A stretch of 64,000 nucleotides of DNA from positions 52,020,001-52,084,000 of the forward strand of contig NC_087447.1 in assembly GCF_036321535.1 (NCBI RefSeq), in the 5' to 3' direction. The DNA is from Camelus dromedarius (Eukaryota). How positions within the stretch are numbered: the stretch's first letter is position 1; each line of letters starts with the position of its first letter. Positions 55,400 through 64,000 of the stretch are shown here, piece by piece. The notes under the pieces are model-generated. The model was not told where the DNA came from. It ran no database searches and saw nothing but the letters and a program-made list of their open reading frames with translations. Made by a program: the position numbers and the translations under genes.

Positions 55400-56230
55400 A
55401 CGTTCCCCAAAGTGAGGTAATCAAGGAAAGGAGAAAAACGTGGACGTGCACGATTTCCTGCATTTCCTAACTTACCCCTGCTGGTCGTTCTGCCCGACCC
55501 GACTACAAGGCAAGCCCAAATGCGGCTATGCCAAGTCAGTCAACGAAAGGACGAATCCACCCCTGTCCGATACACTAACCTGGACCTTAACGCGCTCCCC
55601 ACTCGCGTTCTGGGCCCTGAGAGCGTCTCGCACGCTCAGCTTGGCTGAAGGTTTGTGCCTCGGGCAGGGAGCGGAGAAGCAGAAGCGCAGGGCTCGGAGC
55701 AGGCACCGGGCCCCGAACATCGCACGGCTGCCCCAGGCCCTCCTCGGGACCAGCCCTGATCCCAAACGGGTTGGACCCTGACTGCAGGAATCCTTCTCTT
55801 CTCCCCTCTTCGGGCCGCAGCCCTGCCTCAGGCGCTCCAGAGCCGCCCGAAGGCGCCCTTCCCCTTCACGAACCCCAGCTCTGTCCCCACAGAACCTCTC
55901 CTCTGCTTCCCTCTTCCCGAAAGCGTGGAACGCAGACAACACATTCGGCGGCAAACTCCAAAAAGAAACACGCGCGCCCTGGACGCCCAGAACACCCCAC
56001 AGTCCTGCGCTGTTTCTAAACCCACGACCGGACCCCTAGCCGAAACACGCGCGTCCTCCGCCGCGACGTCAGCACGCCAACGCCAACGTCAGCACGCTAC
56101 GAGGAAGTTAAGAGGGAGCATGCGTACTTGTGACTCCAGTTAAAGAAGAGGCGGGGCGGAGGGAGGGGCGGGGCCAGCAGCTGATATGGGCGGAGCTAAG
56201 ACACTGGGATTGCAGAGATTCGCTTTGAAG
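55400..56230. promoter_or_regulatory. NARS2: CpG island / TATA-less NARS2 promoter and 5' UTR
   Basis: The only GC- and CpG-rich stretch in the window, overlapping exon 1. GC boxes GGGGCGGAG 56153-56161, GGGGCGGGGC 56165-56174 and TGGGCGGAGC 56187-56196; TGACGT half-sites; ETS-like AGGAAGT 56102-56108. Exact TSS not determinable. Confidence 0.85.
55580..55720 (-). CDS. NARS2: NARS2 coding exon 1 (mitochondrial targeting peptide): [47 protein letters not shown]
   Basis: ATG at 55720-55718; 141 nt; donor CAG|GTTAGT. The Arg-rich presequence resembles the human NARS2 N-terminus as I recall it ([34 protein letters not shown]). Lies in a CpG island. Confidence 0.96.
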
Positions 56231-58173
56231 GAACTAGGTAACTAATTCACTTGGGGAGAGTTCTGAGAGGCTTCATTAGCTTCCAGGTGATGCTGAGGGA
56301 TACAAAGTGAAAGGCAAGGAATGACTGATGCAAAAACAAAGTGCCCAGAAGAAGAATCTTAACTGTTGAGAGGATTAGAGAGAGTGTGTAAGTCTTTTGG
56401 AGTTCTGAGAACCGAAAAAAAAAAAAACAGGACAAAGGCCTGCTTAAGTCACAGTTGTGTTGTATCAGATATCTAAACAGACAACTGAATAAAGGGTGAT
56501 AAGTTCCCTGGCAGAGCATAAGTATGGGATGCCAAAGACTGTTTGCTGGAGAAGGTAGCGCTTTGACAGGTTAAGAGTGAGTGAAGAGACCTTAAACAGA
56601 GGAGTCAGAGAAGGCATGACAGTGTGAAGATGCTGGAGAGAGAGTGGAGGAATGTTCGGCATTGCCCGCCAGAATCTTCAAGTCTCTCTCTTCCCTTTTT
56701 CCAACATAGTTATCTGCATTTGTTCAGCCTGGAAACAATGACCCTTTCATGTATTAGGCCACCTTTTAAATGTATCCAGGATGCATCTTAAGAACTGCTG
56801 TCTGAGTCTTAGAGAGTGAGGATCCTGACTTCTTTTACCCTCTCACCTTACCTAACCTGTTTAAACCAAAGGGTTAATTATTTTCTGAGCAGAGGACCAC
56901 TGGTCAGTAGTATGATAAAGGCAAGAGAAACCAGTAGGTGAAACTGAAAATGAGCAATAGTTAATTTAAAGTGTACATCACAGAAAGGTGACTATAGCAT
57001 TTGTGTATCTGGTGCTATATCAGATCATATCATCTTATTTCTTTTTTCAAAGTTGGAATGACACTTCCCCTTTTAGAATCATCATTTCCAGAGAGTAGCC
57101 AGGGTGATGTTTCTAAAATGAATATAATACCACGTTGGTAATCATGATGGTTAGTGCCATAGGATCCTTACTATGTGCCAGGATTAATATATTAATATTA
57201 ATGTATAATCTTAATATATCCTTCACATATTAATTCATTTAATCTTCACAATAGCCCTCTGGAGTAGGGATAGAATCATCATCCCCAGTTTTCAAAGGAG
57301 AAACTGAAGCTTAGAGAAGTTTTGTTGTTTGTACAAAGTTACGCTGGCAGTTTGGCACCAGAGTCCATTCTCTTACCCACTTGTAACTCCAGTGATAAAA
57401 CAACCCTTCAGTTGCTGTCTCTACAACATAAGGAGGACTTGCCTTTTTTAGCATGCCTACCAGGCTCTCTATGACCCATGGAGTTCCCTAAAGTGCCCTG
57501 ATTTGAGGAACAGAAGTGAAATATCCTTACTGTCACCTTTTGATATTGCAGGTGTGTTCACTGAACACTGTCAGCATTACTCGTCAGGTCTGAGGAGGGC
57601 TTTAATCAGGCTCAGCGTGACAAGTTTCAACTAAACTCGCAGAGCTTCAGGACTTCTAAAAGGTAGGCACGTTACGCTGATACCCCACAATGTCATGAGT
57701 ACCCTGTGTTCAAGGTTTTCATTATGCTTGAATCTACTCATAGAACTGTTAACACCCGAAATTTGAGTTCAAAGTCATGACCTCAGAGTACAGAGGAACA
57801 TAGTACTTGATTCAGAAATTATGGAGACCTTAGGTGTAGAAAAGAAATAGATAAATATTGTGAAGCATGTAATGGTGACTACAACTTAAACTGAAAAATG
57901 GAGAGGTACACGCACAGCCCAGAAAAAGTCACATTTTGTAGTTTGGAACTTTCAGAAAAGCAGCTCATAATCTAGAAAGAGAAGCTAACAAGTAAATGAT
58001 AATTAAAGGAATAAGCACGAAAGAGTAGTAGTAACCAACTCAAATTTAGTTTTTGAGATATATCCATGTAGCTCTAGTTCATTCTTAATATTCCATTACA
58101 TAAATGTACCACAATTTATTCATTCTCACTCTGATAGCTATTTGGGCTGTTTTCAAAGTTTTTCTATTACAAG

Positions 58174-58494
58174 CAAAGGTGGATTTACTATGAAGCTAAT
58201 GAAATTTAAGCTCAAAGCCCCTTATTTGCCTGTACATCTTCCCCCCGCCCTCCCTTACCACCCCTTTTTTCCCCCACAGTGCTGGGAGTTGCTGGGAGTT
58301 GTAGTGTGAGAGGGGAAGCTATCAGGAAGCACTTATAAAGGAACTCAGAATAAAGACATGGATTTCCAAGGCTCTAGAAGTTTCTTCTCTCATTATAAAT
58401 ATTTAATATTTGTAATTCTGTATTATTATTTTTCTTAAAGAGAATCTCCCAAATTACATAATCTTCAAGTCCCACAGATTTCAATCTGCCCCTG
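58174..58494. mobile_element. hAT-Tip100 (MER69/Arthur1-like) element inserted in an old minus-strand L1
   Basis: Imperfect TIRs CAAAGGTGGATT / AATCTGCCCCTG; 8-bp TSD attacaag (58166-58173) / attacaaa (58495-58502). Confidence 0.75.
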
Positions 58495-60149
58495 ATTACA
58501 AAAATGCTGCAAATAAATATGCTGGATACACATGAGTTTCTCGGGATCATAAGCCTACGGTATACACATCTTCAGCATTACTAGATACTCCCAGATTGCT
58601 CTTCAAATTGTTGGTTCCAATTTATATACCCTCCAACAGGCTTCTAAGAGTTCTCAGATCTCCATACCTTTAATGACATCTGACAAATTCAGACTTTCTA
58701 ATTTTTAACCAATGTTGGGTAAGAAAGAATAGCTCAGTGTTTAAGAGATTCTATGGTTTTTTCCCCCTCTAAATTCCATTTCAATTATAACCCCCCCATC
58801 ATTTTCAGTGGCATGGTGGAAAAGAGCAGCAGCATGGCAATCAGAAGTCCTGGTTCAGATCTCATCTGTACGCCCCACTAGCTGTGGCATCTTAGGAAGT
58901 CAAACATCCTTCACAGAGCAGTTGCGACCAAATCTTGTTGTGAATTTTGTGATAGAGAAATGGGTATTGTATCCGAGTGAACACCCTCCATTATTTATGA
59001 GTTACTTTAGAGTTAGGGAGTCCCCTAAATTTCATCAGCCAACTTTAACTCCCAAAATAGAAGGCTCAAGAAGAATTCCATCTATTTTGTGCACATTTCT
59101 TTTAGGTACAGACATTCAGTGTGCACAAGAAATTACCAACAGGGCTGGCCAGTTCCGAATGTTTGCTGGAACTTTTACATACTGCATGTTTTAAAGTCTC
59201 CCCTGAAAAATTTAAACAGTATTTATTACTGTTATTATGAAAACAATATACAAACATGAAAAAAAATCCAGGCAGTAACAAATGGTATAAAATAACAAAG
59301 AGTCTCTCCAACCACCCTATTTCCATGTACTATCCTCAGTGGTAGCTAATTATCTTTACATACATTTTCTAGACATAAAAGTATTTGTGCGCATATACAT
59401 ATATGTATGGATACATATCTACATATGCAGTTAAATACAGTCTTTGTTCTGCACTTTTTTGGCTTAATGTATTTTAAAGGTCTTTCCACATAACTAAACA
59501 TAGAACATCTATATGACTTGTAATGGAAGCATGCTACTCTATTACATCGCTGAACTACAGTCAAACTATTTTCCCTACTGTGGATATGTAAATTGTTTTC
59601 CATTTTTCTCTCTTGCAATCTCCACTGAGTATGTTGTGTATACACTACACACACAGAACTTGTGTATCTGCAGGATAAACTCCTAGGTATAAGCACAAAA
59701 ATCTGTTTTAAAAAACACCTTTAATGTCGTTATCAGTGTCCAGTCACTCTTCTTCATTCTCATTTTGAAATTCTGATCTTGCCCACCATGCAACTAACCA
59801 TACAACTTTTTATATATTTGGCCAAGACCTTCTGGCAATATTAGAAAATAAATTTCTCTAATGCCCTGTGACCACACTGCAGTTAAAAGAAAACATACTT
59901 TTCCCAGGGGTGCCCAATTTTGTCACTCTTCAAAATTTAAATTTAGCAGAGATTGGACACAGCCTACCACTAGACGGATTGCTACAAATTCTGATTTTGT
60001 ACCATTATTTCTGGAGTTTAATACTCGTTAACTGACTGGCCCACTGGTAAGTGGCTGCATTTCCTAAAATGGGTTTGAAAGTAAATTATACCACCCTCTG
60101 CAAATAGGTTAACGGGTAAAGCACACCAACTTTTTAATGAGTTTTAAAA

Positions 60150-61124
60150 TTTATTTATGTATTTATTTTACAATGTCATATTTTCATAATTGAAGTACAT
60201 AGCAGGTGTACAATATAATCATTCACAATTTTTAAAGATTATACTCCATTTATAGTTATTATAAAATATTGGCCATATTCCCCATGTTGCATCCTTGCAG
60301 CGTATTTTATACCTGACAGTTTGTACTTCTTAATCCTCCACCTCCATCTTGCCCCTCCCTCTTTCCTCTCCCCACTGGTAACCACTAGTTCCTTCTCTGC
60401 ATTTGTGAGCCTGTTTCTCTTGTTACATTCACTTGTTTGTTGTATACTTTAAGATTCCACATGTAAGTGACATCTTACAGTATTTGTCTGTCTCTGGCTT
60501 ATTTCACTTAGCATAATGCCCTCCAAGGCCATCCATGCTGCACACCAGAAACTAATATAACATTTAAAATCAACTGTACTTCAGTTAGAAAGCAAACAAA
60601 CAAACCATTTAAAATATGGGCAGAAGAACTGAACAGACATTTTTCCAAAAGAGGAAATGCACATGGCCAATAGGAACATGAAAAGTTGCTCAATGTCACC
60701 AATATCAGGGAAATGCAAATCAAAATCACAATGAGACACACACCTGTCAGAATGGCCATCAAAAAGAACATAAGTAACAAATGTTGCAAAGGATGTGGAG
60801 AAAAGGGAACCCTTGCACACTGCTGGCAGGAATGTAAACTGGCACAGCTACCATGGTAAACAGTAGGGAGGTTCTCAAAAACCCAAAAACAGAACCACCA
60901 TATGACCCAGCGATTCTACCCCAGACATATATCCAAGAAAAACAAAAACATTAATTCAAAAAGATACATACACCCCGTTATCAACAGCAACATTATTTAT
61001 AATTGCCAAGACATGGAAGCATCCCAAATGCACATCAATAGATGATTGGACAAAGAAGATGTAGTTCATACATGCAATGGAACACAACTCACCCACAAAG
61101 AAGAAGGATATTTTGCCATTTGTG
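60150..61124. mobile_element. L1 3' region with internal inversion (minus 60150-60540, plus 60540-61124)
   Basis: Minus: cttatttcacttagcataatgccctcc. Plus: gaactgaacagacatttttccaaa...tgacccagcgattc...gccattt. Confidence 0.8.
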
Positions 61125-61449
61125 TCCCTTCATTCATGTTTTTTTTTTGCACTTCAAAAACCAGAATTTTATAAAAATAAGTATGTCTAATTTTTTTATC
61201 CACCATTCAGCTTTGTTCAATCTTAATATATTGCCATATTTTTTCATATTTTAAAGAAATAAAATATTATAGATATGTTTGGAGTCCTCTTCTATAACCC
61301 TTTTCTTTCCCTCCTATGAACTGAATTATCTTAAAAATTGCTATTTATTATTCCCATAAGCGGATTCTGCCTGCTTTGCAGATGTAGATATACAGACAGA
61401 CACACACAGAGCAAACATTAAGCAAGAATCTTTTGAAGGTTTTATATAA

Positions 61450-63180
61450 ATGGAGTCATACCATACAGATTTTCTGCCAAAATTATTTTTAACTCCATTT
61501 AGGGATTCATGTTTGGTAACCCTTGTTACTCGTTATTTAGTATTCCATTGTCAAAATTACCACAGTTTAATTATTTATCCACCTACTGATGGACCTTTAT
61601 GTTTTTTCACTTTTTTTGGATACTACAATGTTGCAATGAATATTCTTTTACCTATCTCCCTGTGAAGTATAGAAATTACTCTCTAGGATATAGTCATAAA
61701 GGCAGACTTAAAGGATCATAAGGGTTTATACAACTTTAGCTTTTCTACATATACTGCCAGAGTATGGTCCACAGTGCTTGTGCCAAAGTCCCCTCTCAGC
61801 GGTAGGGTATGAGGATTCCTGCAGCTCTGTATATTCACCAATACTTGCCAGTACTAGGTTCTGTCAGGTTCTTTTTCTGTTGTTTAAATTTTGTTCATTT
61901 CGTGCATATGACATTGTATCTCATATGGTTTTAATTTGCATATCCCTAATTTGTAATTTAGTTGAACACAGTCTATGGTTATGGTTCATTTGGGGTGCTC
62001 TCACTGCATTTCTCATCATATGTTCCGTTGTTTGTCTTCTGATTATTGATCTATAGGAGCTTCTTCTGTGTTCTGAACACTAATCCTTGGTCAGATATAC
62101 GTTTCAAATACCTTCTCTTAGTCTGTGACTTATCTTTATGGTGTTTTTATTATACAGAAGTTCTTAATTTAAATAGAACAAAATATATCAATCTTTTCTT
62201 TTATGGCTTTGGCTTTTGCATTATTAAGAAATCCTTCCCTGCTGTGAGGAATCCTAGATATTTACTTACAAAAAGTTAAAAGTTTTCCTTTTCACTTACT
62301 GTTAATTCACTTAGAATGTATTTTTGGCTATGGTCACGACAGGGACCTCCATTTTTCTCCTGTGGATGCCTACTTATACCAATGTCACTGATCCATTTTT
62401 CCCTATTATAATTTGCTACAACACATATGTCACATTTCAGGTATCTGCCACATTTCAAACATGTGCTCGAGTTTCTAAGGTTTTTGTTCCATTGGTCTAT
62501 TTGTCTGTGCCTGTAGCAATACTGTACTGCCTTAATTCTGGTATCTGGCAAGGTGAATCACCCCCACCTCATCTCCACCCAGCACCCCCTCACCCCCCAT
62601 TGTTGATGTCTTTCAGCAGTGTCCTAGCTATTCTTGGCCTTTTCCTTTTTTATATAAAATGTATGTGAAATTTAAAATTCTTTTAAAAAATCTTTTTTGG
62701 GGTATTGATTGAAATTGTATTTATGAGTTAACTTGAATATACCAAATTTTAAAATAAAAACGTTTGGGTGCTTAAAAAAAGAAATTATTCCCATAAACAG
62801 AAGAATGGATAAATAAGTTGTATTTAATTAACATACTACTCTACAGCAATGGAAACAAGTAATGCCATAGCCAGCCAGAAAAATGACTCTCACAAACATA
62901 AAATTGAGCAAAAAAAAAAAAATACACAAAAGAATACATACTGCATGATTCATTTATATAAAATATACAAATAGGCAAAACTAATCTATAGTGATAGAAG
63001 CCAGAAATGTAGTTAACTCGGGGCAGAAAATGGGAGATATCATGAGAAAGGCTTCTGCAATGTGGTATTTATTATTCTATTTCAAGTTTTGGAAGGGAAA
63101 TAGATACTTGGGTGTGTTTACTATGTAAATTGTATAATTTGTACACTTGTACATTACTAAACTTCAATTAAACGTTGTTT
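61450..63180. mobile_element. Old L1ME-like fragments (minus about 61450-62720, plus about 62780-63180)
   Basis: ggttttaatttgcat, ttgttccattggtctatttgtc; gaatacatactgcatgattcatttatataa...ggcaaaactaatctata. Confidence 0.7.
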
Positions 63181-63880
63181 AAAATGTTTCATTGATTGTA
63201 TTATGTTCATTATGCAGTAAGCAGAGTGAACAAATTATGATCAAATTTATAATCAGATCTGGATTAAATCTTGGCTCTGCCAAATATTAACCAGGTCACT
63301 ATGGGCAAGGACATTCCCTCTCAGAGGTAAGGGATAACTTACTTCTTTGAAATAAAGATAGTAATACTTGCTCAAAAGATCGTCAAAATGAGTAACCAAG
63401 ATAATATATTAGGCATTCAATAAACTAGGACTATAGAATTATTACGTCCTAAGAATGGGTAGTTTTATTATCCCCTTTATAGATACGGTAACTGAGTGTT
63501 TAAGTAGTTTACCCATGATTCCTCAGCTGATAAATAGCAAACACTAGAATGCAAGTCCAAGTTGTTTGGATCCAGAGTTTTTCTTCTTAATCACTATGTG
63601 GATGCCACAGAAGCAGAAATCCTTGTTGTTTTGTTTACTGATAATTCCAAATGCCTAAGAGTTCTGGCAAATTATATGGTAGTACTCTTAGTTAAAATAA
63701 ATAGTATTTTTCATTAAACTAAAATTCAAAAATAAAATAAAATGACAAGTTACCTGGCTTTAATTGAACTGTTCTAGCAAAGTAATATGCTCTGCTATTT
63801 TAATATGATGTTGCCATTAATAATTTTATTTAGTCTGTAGGAAGTGAACTATATAAATTTTTTGAATGATCATCTAATTT

Positions 63881-63899
63881 TCCTGCCACCTTGTGGTGG
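63881..63899 (-). promoter_or_regulatory. CTCF-like motif (CCACCACAAGGTGGCAGGA) upstream of NARS2
   Basis: Core CCACAAGGTGGCAG; motif only. Confidence 0.4.
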
Positions 63900-64000
63900 C
63901 ATATACATATTACAAAGAGAGATATTTTTATAAAAAACAAATAAATCCCCTTTGAGAGCTGAATCTGTACAAGATAGCTTTGAGGTGGTGGCTATGAAGC

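Overview
Mammalian genomic DNA, AT-rich and repeat-dense. Three tRNA-derived Vic-1-like SINEs suggest a camelid (inference). The window holds the CpG-island promoter and coding exons 1-6 of NARS2 (mitochondrial asparaginyl-tRNA synthetase) on the minus strand. The exons are 141, 110, 121, 141, 81 and 95 nt (689 nt of CDS), all with GT-AG boundaries and a continuous frame. Exon 7 onward lies beyond position 1. The rest is intron or upstream flank filled with L1, L2, MIR, MaLR LTR and DNA-transposon relics, which account for most short ORFs in the track. I found no evidence of a new protein-coding system. The best leads are regulatory: a (GT)20 microsatellite starting exactly at the exon 2 donor, a competing stop-introducing donor in intron 1, a candidate poison exon with a perfect U1 match, a uORF and an open in-frame leader, duplicated promoter motifs, CTCF-like sites, an inverted SINE pair and a recent 76-bp triplication. 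Repeat subfamily names and most repeat boundaries are by-eye estimates.
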